DNA of 64,000 bases, from contig NMRA01000650.1 of assembly GCA_002633005.1 (NCBI GenBank), forward strand, positions 82,850-146,849. Reading direction: 5' to 3'. This document shows, in pieces, positions 13,801 through 28,800 of this stretch. The translations under genes and the position numbers were made by a program. The DNA comes from Phoronis australis. Its lineage: Eukaryota > Animalia > Phoronida. The notes under the pieces are model-generated. The model saw only the letters and a list, made by a program, of their open reading frames with translations, did no database searches and was not told the DNA's origin. How positions within the stretch are numbered: the first letter of the stretch is position 1; every line of letters starts with the position of its first letter.

Positions 13801-16800
13801 GTGTATTAAACCACTAACTTTTGTTAAATCCGAGTCTATTTTGTTGGCATTGGTTGTCTCATGGTTATTACTTTTGAGTCTATTGTTAACTCGTTGTTAT
13901 CTTTGTTTATTAGAATCACGGGTGGAAAGGGATATACCTCAGCCCTCAAAGAGGGCAAGGAAGACAAATGTAGGTAAGTTCCGTCATTAAAACCATGGAT
14001 AGAAAAAGGAGGTAAAGGTCAACTGACTATTTCTATTCGCTGTCTATCTTGAACTTCTAAGTTTGACTGTACTGGACATAGAATTATGTGAGAAAAACGA
14101 ACAGCGACCCACTTTTATAAATTTGAAAGTCAGTAACATTGTTAATATTTTTTGATAATATTTTGCACTTTCGAGACATTTCTACATGTACCAACGATAT
14201 TTCACTCATTGGATGATATTCGGCTGCAAAATTGACAGTTGTTACGAAGTATAATATGTTTTGTGTGAGATGGCTTTGCCAAATCATCTATGTTCTGTTT
14301 TGTGTCGTCGTGTATTTCAGAGTCCACAAAATCCCACAGGAATCTCTTTTATATGAGTCGTATCCTCTTAAGAGTCACGAATGTTATTTAGTGGATTTAA
14401 TGCTACAGAAATTGTTCTAAGTAAAATTGTTTCTGAACTGATTAATTTCATCATGTAGTTTTGAGGTGGGAAGAGCACTCTGGTGTTATTACTCCGAGTA
14501 AATTCTCTTGGGCATAATTTTAATTAGGCAGCTTTAACATTTATATCATTGTTGTTTCTTGTGCGGCGCAGCACTGAAGAAAGTGGAGCGCTAAAAACCC
14601 CAGTCCTCCTATGGTGCACCGCGTAATGTGTTTGCTTGTAAATTTTATGATCTCCATTTTTATCCTGCCGTTTTTAGTAAATTTTAAAATTTAAGAGTGA
14701 AGTACGGCTCACAGCAGGCAAAAATGCCCAGAGGGGTGATAAACCCAATGTCACCGATTTGAACCANATCTGGTTATCTTGAAATCACAATTTGTGCGAG
14801 AAAATCAAGAAATTAAAAAAGAGTGTGAATATATCTCAGTTTACTGTAGTTGCCTGCTCTGTCTTCAGCCATGGGTAACATTTCATTACAAACCCGCCCT
14901 CTTTTGTCAGCATTCATTGTCATCTGCTTTAAGGTAACATTTCAGGAATTAGAATTACACTGGTTACAAACAACTTGTAGAACATTCCAAATAAGTTCGT
15001 TGTGGTTTGGTGCATACCATGTGTGTCTGCTGTTTCGTATACTTCGTAAGTTCAACACTTATCACACCGTCTTGATGTTTTGTGGTGGAAATGTTTAGGC
15101 GTACATGAACATATTACTAGTGTCAATCTAATGTTCAGGGTATATAGGGGAGTCTCAGTTAATGGAAATGCAAGTCTTAGCTCAAAGGTAAAAAGCTCAA
15201 CGTAATTATCTTGGCAGTAATCAGATGGATTTAACAGTGACGCGTCGACGCGTTGCTATAGGTTATGGGGCCACTACTGTCGCATTACACCGCTTGGTGG
15301 CAGTCAACAGTCTTCTGAAACTTATTCCAATGCAGACTTGTCCATCTTTTTCGGTAACCAAATGTTCGTCCGGCTATTTGAGAAAAACGAACAGAATCAC
15401 CAGTTTGTTCACAAAGCCGCTGTTTGCATACAATTACCTTGAAAGATAGTGCGTTCAAACAGCCAAACTACTCCACAATTACACTAATCAGGTCAAAAGA
15501 GGATGTCGACTAGCAAATCCCACAATTCCTTAATTTACCGCGAAGTTTCCTGCTTGCAAGCAGTGAATGTTTAGGAAAAGTGAAGGCAGAGCAAAACCTG
15601 GGTTTAAGTGTTAAAAGCTAACATTCATATACCCAGAGCAGGCAAGTGCTAGTCGTAGCCACTTCACGCAACTTAAAGTGTCCAGCCAACCCTGCATGCG
15701 CAAATTATTATTGAAGTTGACGCAGGAAGGAATTAAACCGTGACTCAAAAATACTGAAGACCACCAGAACCACCTAATACTTAAACTTTATTTCAAATCA
15801 AACGACAGTGCCACTCCTGATGTTTAGACTTATATCAGCCTAAAATTTAAATTAGATAAGGAAACACCGACATACTAAATAAAGGAAGGTTCCAGTTGTG
15901 ATTTTAATGACGATACTGTAAAATAATTATAATCCATACAGACCCACATTTTTTCTAATAATTCTGATGTTCTCTGGCTTGTCTGAATTCAATTGCATAG
16001 AATCACTTTTTCCACAAATGGAAAACTCTCAAACAGACGTGGTCCACGCACCATTAGTTTAAAAACTTCCTTTTCAATGACCAAACATGTTTAACACAAT
16101 GAATGAACTTTGGCTGCCAAATAGATTGCCTGTATGAAGCTTATTGCGTTTTGTGAGAAAAGGTCTTGCCAAATTACCCATACATTATTTTTCAGTTCTA
16201 GTGAATTTAAAAATCTCAAAAATTCTCCAGGAGGCTGTTTCCCAGGAATTACTTCAACTTCTCTGTTATAACATGACTAGTATTTTCGTGCAGTTATTCT
16301 TGCAAAAATTGTTCTTGGTAAAGAAATTGTCTATGTTGAGGGATTATGCATGCAGTTTTTTGATGAGGACAGCATTGACGAAATATTTCATTGAGGCTAT
16401 AATTATAATGCTTATGAATTTTCAACTGTTACGGTTAAAAAAGTAATATTTTATATGTTTCTAAGACCACGTGTAGGCATCAAAGATAACGTCTTACAGG
16501 GTGTACGTGATTTTGGCAGCTATGACAATTGTGTTCGTTCTTGTGACTGCAAATTGAGGCCCTGAGTCATTTTTGTGCAGGCACGCCCCTAAATGTAGCC
16601 GTGAGTTTGCTCAATGGTAAGTCTGACACGTGAGTTAAAGCTTGTATAAGTAAACTTGTAGTGAGACCTAACATCATAACGAACATTAACCAATAAAACT
16701 AGTAGAAATACAACGATAAGCGTCGGTACTAAAATATATTAAAATATTCAACACCCTTCGAGCGATGCGCTCTCTGACAAGGGTATGACACAGACTACCG

Positions 16801-19800
16801 GAAATGTGTACACCTGTAGATGGATGTAAATAAAATCGCACAGACGACCAAATGATGGTATACAATTGACAGCATTAACAATTCCGGTCATAGTTTTACT
16901 ATTTCAGTAATTTATGTTTTTATCCGTCGATAACTGCACAGCATTCCAGCATCTATTTGATTTAATTATTATTATCAATCAGCAAGCGGTGACCATGACC
17001 CAGGGGAGCACGATCAAATGCCCATTTTTTCATTGAGGTTACGACGGTTTTGTATCAAACAGACGTACACAATAATTTCAAGCAAAATTGCCACCTAATA
17101 TGAAACTCGGACGGATATGTATGGTGAAGATTTATATCTGGAATCCTTTTGATTTTGTGTCAGAAATGTGAATTTTTAAGTTTTGTATTTTGGAATTTGT
17201 GTGATCTTATTATTACTGGACACCTTTTTTCCAGTAAAGCTTGATTTTACATGCGAAACGTGTTCCGTCCATTTCCTTGCTTAAAACAAATAATTTTACT
17301 CCATGTCTGACTTAATTGTTTGTGTTTAATAGTTTTACCCTGTTCCTAAATCTCTCACAACCTAGAACTGCGCAATGTAAATTCCTAAATATCTTTAACT
17401 GCGACAAATTGGCTACGCGACGTAAACTCCGGCACCCTTAAGTATACCTTTAAAATCTGGACAACTTTTCACATACGGTCTTTTTGACTCTCTGTTAGGT
17501 ATATTAGGTATTCCCTATAGGGGGCATCGTTATGTGTGATGGGAGAGTACTAGTTGGTCGGCGAGGGTGTTGAGACAATTCAGTTCACGTCTGCTTATTA
17601 AGCAAGAAGGGCACGCAACAGTTCACTCCTCAGACAACGCTTGAACAATCGGTTGAGATAATAATTGAAATTCCTAAGCCCATATTGGAAGCATATAGAC
17701 AATGGTGAAGCTAAACATTACAATGTAGAAACACGGTGTCATAATTACATGCACAGCTTCTAACGCCAAGACTAAAGTACCTCTCCGCTAACTTGTCTAT
17801 TACACNTGTCGGAATTTTACTAAAACTTAACTGCCGCCAGGCTGAAAACTTGTCGGAAACAAATAGTATCCATGGAAACCAAGAGGGGGCGCTTTGAAAA
17901 AAAATAAAGGTGGTCTGGAGTCAGTGGGGCCAGTGTCATATCACAGACAAAATATAAAGAGAATCTGTGACATAGCGTTTATCACCCTCTGCCTGGTCCA
18001 TTCGCGAACACGCTCTTAAGGCCCTCATGACATCGTTGTCATTGACATTTTTGTAGCAAGAAATCAGTCCTAACATTTTCTACGACAACAGGTACACGTA
18101 CATGTATGCATCTAGTGTAAAATCACAATTTTTCGAATACTGGAAAACTATGGTAAATAACAATGGGGATAAATTTCATTACGTTAAGGCGAACGAAGAC
18201 AAGGTGATTTATTTCTCGTTGAAGGCAACGTGTTACCACGTATATACATTACGATCAATTTTCAAATGGTTGTTCCTTTGAAATGACCCTGGTTTAAGAA
18301 AAACAAACAATCTGGTTATCTTGAAATCACAATTTGTGCGAGAAAATCAAGACATTAAAAAAGAGTGTGAATATATCTCAGTTTACTGTAGTTGCCTGCT
18401 CTGTCTTCAGCCATGGGTAACAGTTCATTACAAACCCGCCCTCTTTTGTCAGCATTCATTGTCATCTGCTTTAAGGTAACATTTCAGGAATTAGAATTAC
18501 ACTGGTTACAAACAACTTGTAAAACATTCCTAATAAGTTCGTTGTGGTTTGTTGCATACCATGTGTGTCTGCTGTTTTGTATACTTCGTAAGTTCAACAC
18601 TTATCACACTGTCTTGATATTTTTTAGTGGAAATGCTTAGGCGTACATGAACATATTACTAGTGTTAATCTAATGTTCAGGGTATATAGGGGAGCCTCAG
18701 TTAATGGAAATGCAAGTCTTAGTTCAAAGGTAAAAAGCTCAACGTAATTATCTTGGCAGTAATCAGATGGATTTAACAGTGACGCGTCGACGCGTTGCTA
18801 TAGGTTACGGAGCCACTACTGTCGCATTACACCGCTTGGTGGCACTCAACAGTCTTCTGAAACTGATTTCAATGCAGACTTGTCCATCTTTTACGGTAAC
18901 CAAATGTTCGTCCGGGTATTTGAGTAAAACGAACAGAATCACCAGTTTGTTCACAAAGCCGTTGTTTGCATACAATTACCTTGAAAGATAGTGCGTTCAA
19001 ACAGCCAAACTACTCCACATTACATTAATCAGGTAAAAAGAGGATGTCGACTAGCAAAGTATTTTACAAATCCCACAATTCCTTAATTTACCGCGAAGTT
19101 TCCTGCTTGCAAGCAGTGAATGTTTAGGAAAAGTGAAGGCAGAGCAAAACCTGGGTTTAAGTGTTAAAAGCTAACATTCATATACCCAGAGCAGGCAAGT
19201 GCTAGTCGTAGCCACTTCACGCAACTTAAAGTGTCCAGCCAACCCTGCGTGCCCAAACTATTATTGAAGTTGACGCAGGTAGGAATTAAACCGTGACTCA
19301 AAAATATTGAGGACCACCAGAACCACCTAATACTCAAACTTTATTTCAAATCAAACGACAGTGCCACTCCTGATGTTGAGACTTATATCAGCCTAAAATT
19401 TAAATTAGATAAGGAAACAGCGACATACATGTACAAAATAAAGGAAGGTTCCAGTTGTGATTTAGTTACGATACTGTAAAATAATTATAATCCATACAGA
19501 CTCACATTTTTTCGAATAATTTTAATATTCTCTGGCTTGTCTGAACTCAATTGCATAGAATCACTTTTTCCACAAATGGAAAACTCTCAAACAGACGTGG
19601 TCCACGCACCATTAAATTAAACTTCTCTTTCAATGACCAAATATGTTTAACACAATGAATGAACTTTGGCTGGCAAATAGACTGCCTGTATGAAGCATAT
19701 TGCGTTTTGTGAGTAAAGGTCTTGCCAAATTACTCATACATTATTTTTCAGTTCTAGTGAATTTAAAAATCTCAAAAATTCCCCAGGAGGCTGTTTTAAA

Positions 19801-22800
19801 GGAATTACTTCAACTTCTCTGGTATAACATGACTAGTACATGTATCTTCGTGCAGTTATTCTTGCAAAAATTGTTCTTGGTAAAGAAATTGTCTATGTTG
19901 AGGGATTATGCATGCAGTTTGCTGATGAGGACAGCATTGACGAAATATTTCACTGTGGCTATAATTATAATGCTTATGAATTTTCAACTGTTATGGTTAA
20001 AAAATTAATATTTTATATGTTTCTAAGACCACGTGTAGGCATCAAAGATAACGTCTTACAGGGTGTACGTGATTTTGGCAGCTATGACAGTTGTGTTCGT
20101 TCTTTTGTGACTGCAAATTGAGGCCCTGAGTCATTTTTTTGCAGGCACGCCCCTAAATGTAGTCGTCAATTTGCTCAACGGTAAGTCTGACACTTGAGTG
20201 AAAGCTTGTATAAGTAAAGTTTTACTGAGACCTAACATCATAACGAACATTAATCAATAAAACTAGTAGAAATACATCGATAAGCGTCGGTACTAAAATA
20301 TATTAAAATATTCAACACCCTTCGAGCGATGCGCTCTCTGTCAAGGGTATGACACAGACTATAGGAAATGTGTAGATTGAAGTAAATAAAATCGCACAGA
20401 AGACCAAATGATGGTATACAATAGACAGCATTAACAACACCGGTCATAGTTTTACTATTTCAGTAATTTATGTTTTTATCCGTCGATAACTGCATTGCAT
20501 TCCGCATCTATTTGATTTAATTATTATTAGTAATCAGCAAGCGGTGACCATGACCCAGGGAACCACGATCAAATGCCCATTTTTTCAATGAGGTTACGAC
20601 GGTTTTGTATCAAACAGACGTACACAATAATTTCAAGCAAAATTGACACCTAATATGAAACTCGGAAGGATATGTATGGTGAAGATTTATATCTGGAATC
20701 CTTTCGATTTTGTCTCAGAAATGTGAATTTTTAAGTTTTGTATTTTGGAATTTGTATGATCTTTCTCACACACATCTTGGCTAAAATCATAGCCACTTTT
20801 GCTAAACAACCTCTTTACAAAACATCATTTTAACCGATCTTAAAGAGCAGTAGGTGTTTTTTTACCATTTTTAAGTAAACATGGTTTAGCAAACATTTGG
20901 CAACCTTTGGAACACCAAACAGTGCTCCAGGATATTTTTCTTATTTCTATGCAGAGTTAAATGTTAAACTATGTTAAATGTTAAACTATGTTAAATGTTA
21001 AACTATGTTAAATGTTAAACTATGTTAAATGTTAAACTATGTTAAATGTTAAATTATGTTAAATGTTAAACTATGTTAAATGTTAAACTATGTTCGCAAC
21101 ACTTGTTCTCCACAAACTAAACATAAAAATAAACTAAAATAATGCAAATCGTTAAATAATCGCAAATGCATCGGCCAAAAGCATTTTTCTAGAAATGTAT
21201 ATTATAACACAAAATTGCTTCCAACTGACGCAAGATCTCAAAAACCTTCCTAAAACGGATTGCGTTGAAATCTTCTTACTAGTAGCTGAAGAGTCAAACA
21301 TTAAACATGAAATCGGTACATCTGTTTTTGAAATCTCGTTCTTCCTAATGCAGTTCCCAAATTTCATAAGGACCTTGCAGTGAGTGAAGCGCAGTTTTGG
21401 ATAAAAAATACCCGCAGTACTCGGGCCATGTCAAAACACGCATTCAAGGCATTGTATGAGACGGCCAGATGACGTATTGATACATGAAATTGATGACGTG
21501 TCGGAAGAAAGTATTATGTTTAGTTGTGGTTAGGTGTTAAACAACAGGTCTTGCAGGAAATAAAAGCCTCAAAATAGCTAGACTTTGTGCGGAATTGCAT
21601 AATTGATGAATCGAGTGCTCTTTCGGAAAAAATACTACAAAATATGCAAAAATACATATGGTCAGCAACAAAATGACACTTGCGAAAATATACCACAAAG
21701 TGTCGCTGGTAGATCAGGTGTTACTGCTACTTTGGATGTTAACAAGGCCAGAAATGAGCTCCTGTAACTGCGGGAAGAAAATGGTTCCTTTGAAAGATAA
21801 GTTGAGTATTATAGGAGTTTGTGGTACAGCCAGTCACCTATTCTTAGTGCACGCAGAAGATGCTACCAACCACTGGCACTGGTGGACTTGAAATTAAATT
21901 AAGAGTGAAAGACTCAACTAAAAGAAAGTGAAAAAAATTATGTACGAGCTAGAAATTTGGTCACTGTATGATGCTGCAACAGAGTTGAGACGCTTTTTAG
22001 GAGTAAAGATACATGCTATTCCGATCAGAAATTGTTCTCTTTGTCTGCGTCTGAAAAAGGGTTAGATTTTTTACCAAAAACACTTGTTGTCTTTCGTTCA
22101 GTTATGATTCTTGCAAATGCCTCACGTGGTAGTGGCCTCTGGCATATTGTTACTGGACACTTTTTCCCAGTAAAGGTTGATTATACATGCGAAACGTGTT
22201 CCGTCCATTTCCTTGCTTAAAACACATAATTTTACTCCATGGCTTAATTGTTTGTGTTTAATATTTTTACCCTGTTCCTAAATCACGAACAACCTAGAGC
22301 TGCGCAATGTAAATTCCCAAATATCTTTAACTGGGACACATTGGCTGCGTGACGTAAACTCCAGCACTCGTACATGTAAGTATACCTTTAAAATCTGAAC
22401 AACTTTTCACACACGGTCTTTTTGACTCTCTGTTAGGTATGTTAGGTATTCCCTGTAGGGGCAGTGTTATATGTGATGGGAGAGTAATAGTTGGTCGGCG
22501 AGGGTGTTGAGACAATTCAGTTCACGTCTGCTCACTAAGCAAGGACACGCAACAGTTCACTCCTCAGACAACGCTTCGGACAATCAGTTGAGATAATAAT
22601 TGAAATTCCTAAGCCAAGATTGGAAGCATATAGACAATGGTGAAGCTAAACATTACAAAGTAGAAACACAGTGTCATCATTACATGCACCGATTCCAACG
22701 CCCAGACTAAAGTACCTCTCCGCTAACTTGTCTATTACACCTCTCGTAGCCGCCGGACCGACAGAACTGAAATTTGCAATCTTGGACTGAACTACTTCCC

Positions 22801-25800
22801 ATTCACCTATTTGAACGACAGGGACGAGATAGCCTAGATAGTTTGATAACCATAACATGATTTGTTTTATTGACCATGTGTATTTTCCACCTGTTTATAT
22901 TTCAGTAACATATATGTTCAGGCTCGACTGTTGACAAACATAATCCACTTATTTTACAAATCATGTCTATTTTACTTTATATTACCTAAGAAAATTTATA
23001 TGAAACTAAAAGCCTCAAAATAACTCAAATTCCCCCAGCACTGGAAAAAATACCAAATGTGGAAAACATGTTGGTTAGCAACAAGATGCCACGTGATAAT
23101 GATGTGTGCTTACTTGGCTCTGAATATGTGTCATACGTGAAACATTTCCATAAAATGTCACCTGTAGAGCAGGCGTTACTTCTAATTCGGATGTTGACAA
23201 GGACAGGACTTGGCTCCTATAACTGCAGGAAGGGATGGTTCCTTTGAGAGATAAATTCATTGAGTATTATAGTAGCTTGTGGCAGCCTTTTGACCTGGAA
23301 ATATGTGTCGATAGCTCACTCATTCTTAGTGCACGGCAGAAGATGCCACCAACCATTGGCAATGGTGACAACGTTAACTCGAAATTACAGGTAAAAACAA
23401 TTGTAAAAGCAAGCAGAAAAGTTGAATACCAGCTAGAAATTGGGTCACTCTCACCTGTTGCAATATGGAGTTGCGACGCTTTTTTTCGAATATCACTTTT
23501 TACTAGACCAACTCCGAAAAGACGAGTGAAAATAAATCTTCTCTATGCGGTGAAATGTAGGTGAGGTAGAATTGCAGATAATACACGCCCCTAGTCTTCA
23601 CCAATTTCACTCACATCCAGGTTGAAAAAAAGAGATGGTCACACTTGTCACCAAGCATAGTGCATGATGAAACCGGTCACGTGACCATGATCTTCATGAT
23701 ACACATTAGCAAGATGATCCTGTGTCAAGCAGACGAGTCATATGGAGAGACTTGTCACATAACTTCAACAAAAGCCTTAGAGAGTGACGTTACATGTTAG
23801 CTCTGAGGATTTCCTGTTGTGTGGGATTGCATGTATGTCATGCACTTTACACAGCATTCATGCGTTACTACGCGAATTTTTTTTTTGCTTATGGACATAA
23901 TTGTATTGAGGCCATTTTAACATTCACGTTTTTAGTCTTTAACTGTAAATTGTATGGTTTCCACTTTTATGTTGCCCTTTGCAGTAAATTGTGTATTTCA
24001 GAGCCCGATGTCAGTGGTGACATTGAAACACAGATCTCAAGTATCTGTGTTGATGCAGATGAATTTGAGTATGGCTATGGAAGTGGTCAAAACCAGGGTA
24101 CGATGGCAGGTATGCAATTTCTAGTATCTTACCATACCTCTTGAATTGATTGTGTTGTTGCTCTGTCAATCTTCTTCAAAGTGGGTCACATTCAATGAAA
24201 AAACTTGTGATCTAGAAATCAAATTTTGTATTAGAAAAACATGGAATTAAAATGATTTTGAATAGTTTTCGGTTTACTTCACTTACTAGCAGTGACGGCA
24301 GCCAGAGAAAAAAATCGTTCCAAACCTAAGCTTATTTGGTCGGCATTCTTTTTTCACCTGTTTATTGCTTTTGCATTAATAGTAAACTGCTGTTCGGTTG
24401 TTTCCATCAGGAATAAAGATTGAAGCAGGAAGTTCAGTTCAGTTCCCATCAGAAAGCGTGACGGAAAAAGAAGGTAAAGTACAAATGACTATTTCTATAT
24501 CGCTGCCTAACTTGCACTTAACTATTCTGCTATTTTTAAGTTATGCAAGTGCTGGTTGTAAACAATGTTTAAAACATTCCAAATTAATTCCTTATGATTT
24601 GGTACTTATTGGGTTTGCTTGTTGTTTTGTATACTTTGGAAAATCAACAATACTTTTATTGCATAGATTTGTTTTGGTGGTATGAATAGCATCGACAGAT
24701 CACTAGTACCATCCTGCAAACTATAAGCCCATCAATTTATCAGGAACATTCAACTTGGTGTTTTGAATCAAACGGAAGTTGCAAGAACTTCTTAAGATTG
24801 CCGCTAGAATGGGCACTCTTCCATAGATATCTTCAAACTCTTGGCATAGGGTGTAAAAGCAGAGCTTGAAACTCTCCGACTTCAGAAAGTTCAAAATAAA
24901 TCCAAATGCTCGCTCAACTCACCCAAACCTTTTCTGAGGTAGAGTTCAGATCATGGCTACGGATCTACCAAAGAGGAATCTTGTTCAACAAATGAACTAC
25001 CTTTACGAGTCCTGTTGCACGGTATTGGACAAATGACTCATGAGCAAGCTTTCCGAAATAATGCAGTGAAGATCCTGATGAACTTAAGCAATGTTTGCTT
25101 CCAAATTAATTAGGTCGATCACTGAGTACGAGGTAGTCAGTTTGCAGAGGCACGATCTGTCCGAGAATGCGGCGGTGTTTATTTTTACGGCGCATCGGAT
25201 ACATTCACACATGGTCTTTCAAAAGTTGTTGCTATGCATATTTGAGAGAACAATGACAGTTCCTCATTATTGTTATCATCTCGTTGTATGTTTTCTAAAG
25301 ATAGTTCTTATATTTTTACCACTTGTTTACGCACCAACGTGATACGATTCAATGGACGCTGTGTGGCATAGTATCTTCACGTTCCAGGTTTGTTATTAAT
25401 AACACAAATGCAAAATTCCTTAGGCGATATGTGACAAAGTCTGAATATTGAAATGATCTCTAATCAGAATCTTCTAATCAGTAAGAAAGAGATGAATTTA
25501 ATTGACGTTCGTTTCAATCCTTCTCAAGTATTGATAAATGTCATTTCTATCCCTATAGCAACCATTGACGGTTCAACCGGTGGAGTGATTCAGTGGAAAG
25601 AGGTTCAACTTAGAGTACCGCCAAATGCATTGTTCGGGAACATAAAAATTGAAATTGTAGATCAGCCGTTGTTATCTCGAGCAGTGCATGACAAAACGAA
25701 AGGCAGAGCTAAACTCCATTGTCAGGCAATATGCGTGACTAGTACGAATGAAGATGCAATACTCTCAGACCCTGCCGAAATTCGAGTGACTCTTAGAACA

Positions 25801-28800
25801 ATGTTGGAAAAAGCGAGTGATCAACGACTCGACAGTAAAGACTTTCGCATATTGCGTGAAAAAGATGGTGAAGTAACTGACGTTACTGAAGAGTGCAATG
25901 TCAGGCTACACGGGGAGCAAATAATCTTCTACTCTAAAACATTTTCAATATTTAATATTGCGCAGGTGGTAGATTTCGCTTCAGGTATCGTTACAAGCTT
26001 GTTTACGACCATAAAGTATATTCTCAACACGTCATATATGTGCAAGATATGCCCGTATATAATAGGTGGACAAGATGAAGGGTTGATAATTGAACTATAT
26101 TGTCATGGCGAGCACGTGGATTGTTCTGGTGGCCTGGAACACGAGTGTGTGTATGATAGTGAAAACCAGCGCTTGCCAAATGAAGTCACGCTCTGGTTTG
26201 AAGTTGACTGCAGGTGCATTGAAAATGGTAATGAGACAACACGTTCGTCTACAAAGGACTTGAAACTTTACAAGAGTGTTTGCGAAAGTACAGGAAAACC
26301 ATTTTCAAAGGTCATGCCTGGTGTTAAAGCCCTTGTAGCTGGGAAAGTCCAACTGTATGTGTATGCATTAAACTGCTCGACCCCGCTGCTAGACATGTCT
26401 GTGAAGGTCCATGTAAGTACCTGCTCAACTTGTTTGGGTGTAAATATTCCCGTTCATATATGTGTTTGCTTGTAAGTATTCCCGTGCATATATGTGTGTG
26501 CGACTGCATTTTTTGTGTTGCGTATTGCATTGTGAAGCATGGGTCTGCGTTGTGGGCTTCACTGGTATTGCAAATGTCTTATTAGATAAAAACAGTGATA
26601 CGTTACAGCATCAGAACAAAGAGATAGCAATCGTTGTGCACTTATTCCTATTATTGGCCTAGTAACGTATATACAAACAACGCCTTGGGAATACAAGCTA
26701 TAGATCGAAATTTGCAAGGAATCACTGCAAAGGTAATTATACAGAACTGGTTTGTGGACAGATGGCCACATGCATTTCAAAATTTCATTTCATTATAATT
26801 GATATCGAGAAAAATAATACTACAAACAACTATGATTCTGGTTAGTGAATTGTATCTTTGACTCGTTTTACAGAGTATTTATTAGACATAATGTATACGC
26901 GTTCGTACTTCTGAAGTTGAAAAACCGTACACAGAAAATTATATTTTGATCTGCTTCGGATATGACTTGATATCAAAGATTAAATTATCCAAGAAACATC
27001 ATGTCTTCTCCTGTAGCTGGTGCAATTGCTCAAAGGGCATTGTACACGCCACCTGTGAGTAAATCCGGACAAGTCTTCATTTCTTCTCGCGGCAATAACT
27101 TTGCAAAATTTCCCGATGTAAAGAACCAAATCGCTGATTTTTTTTGTTTTGTTGACTTTGCCAAAACCTATGTTACAAGGCCTGAACTTTTTAGCCTGAC
27201 GTTTCTTATCTAAGACCGTTGGAACAATAGTTTAGATTTGAGATTGTTATTACATTATCTTTACGACTTCTACCTTTATCTTCATTTTTATGCGCCCACA
27301 TATTTATGTATGGTCGCATATTGTCGTCATCTCTGTCTGGGCGTCCGAGCGTCCGTCGTCCGTCGTCCGGCGTCCGCAGCTGTATCTCCTAACCCCTCAC
27401 AGGATCTTGATGAAATTTGGCAGATGTGATTCTATCAAACTGACGATGGATGACGACAAATTTCGGACCTCTCCGACAGCGGGTGTGCCCCCTAGTGCAA
27501 ATTTTAGTTTTTTACTCTCACCTCTGTATCTTCAGAGGTCCTCAACATATTTTCACAATATTTGAAATGTAGGCATTTACATGTATTAGCGAGATGACAC
27601 TATCCTCTCGTTTTTGGTTGGATTCAACATAGTTTGCGCCACCTAGTGGACATTTTTTACTGTTTTCGAGTCTGTTTTTTGACGTCCACCCCTCTATTAA
27701 ACAAACCGCTCGAAGAAAGATTGTGAAAATTGGCATCTACAGTATGTTCTTACTATGAAAAGTATGGCTGACGTTTATTTTCCGACGACTTCGAATACTG
27801 TGGCGCCTCCTAGTGGCATTTTTTGCGCCAATGGCTGTATCTCCTGAACCGTTTGCATTTATTAAACTTAGCAAGTATATTCATATGATGATGACAGCGG
27901 TCGACAACGACTTTCGCAGGGATGGGACTACTGGTGCCCCTCCTAGTGGCAATTTTATTTTTTTACATATACCTCTGTATCTTTAAAGGTCCTCGACACA
28001 ATTTTCATAAAATTTGGGATATAGTCTTCTATAAGTGAGATGAAGGCCTCCAGTTTTTGAATGGATTTGAGGTATTTTGCGCCACCTAGTGGCCATTTTT
28101 ACTGTTTTCGAGTCTGCTTTTTTGCGTTAAGCCCCACTACCAACCAAATCGTTTTCTGGATAATTGTGAAAATTGGCATGCATGTTTTTAATCAGAAGTG
28201 GACGGCTGACAACAATTTTCCAATGACTTCGACTGCTCTGGCGCCTCTTAGTGGCAGTTTCATTTTTTTGCGGCCATGGTTGTATCTCATAAACTGTTTG
28301 CAGGATCTTTATTAAATTTTAGAAGCGTGTTTTTATGATGTTGACAACGGATGACGACAATTTTTGTATGGATCTGACTACTGGTGTGCCCCCTGGTGGC
28401 AATTTTAGTTTTACTTTTACTCCTGTTTCTTCAAAGCTCCTCACCGGATTTTCATAAAATTTTGAATACGGGCATTTATTGGTGAGTGCCATTTTTGCTG
28501 TTTTCTGTCATTTTTTGGCGTCTACCCCAGCGTCTATAAACCAAATCATTCTAAGGATGATTTTGAAAATTGCTATTTATGTTCTCATTGTGAAGAGAAT
28601 GGTTGATAATGACAACTTTGACTACTGTGGTGCCTCCTAGTGGTAGTTTTGTTTTGCGCTTATAGCTGTATCTCCTAAGCCCACTGCAGGATCTTTATTA
28701 AGTTTGATTTGTAGCTAACAACAGCTAATGACGACTTTCAGGCGGATGCATTGAACAGTGTGCCCCATAGTGGCAATTTCATTTTATTGTGTTTTCCTTT

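Noticed and set aside
14321-14391. Possible terminal exon after E2 (tgtatttcag|, reading ESTKSHRNLFYMSRILLRVTNVI-stop)
   Set aside because: The sequence resembles intronic repeat sequence seen near 8880 and has no paralogous support. It cannot be fully excluded without cDNA.
14850-20008. Pairs of near-identical ORFs (14850/18392, 15225/18767, 16144/19700)
   Set aside because: They arise from the N-bounded duplicate. The frames are not conserved in the older paralogs at ~8000 and ~46000.
25453-26475. ORFs 25453, 31376 and 50737 read as three intronless genes
   Set aside because: Homology begins at a shared ctatag acceptor and ends at CAT|gtaagt. The ORF starts and stops differ between copies, so these are internal exons.
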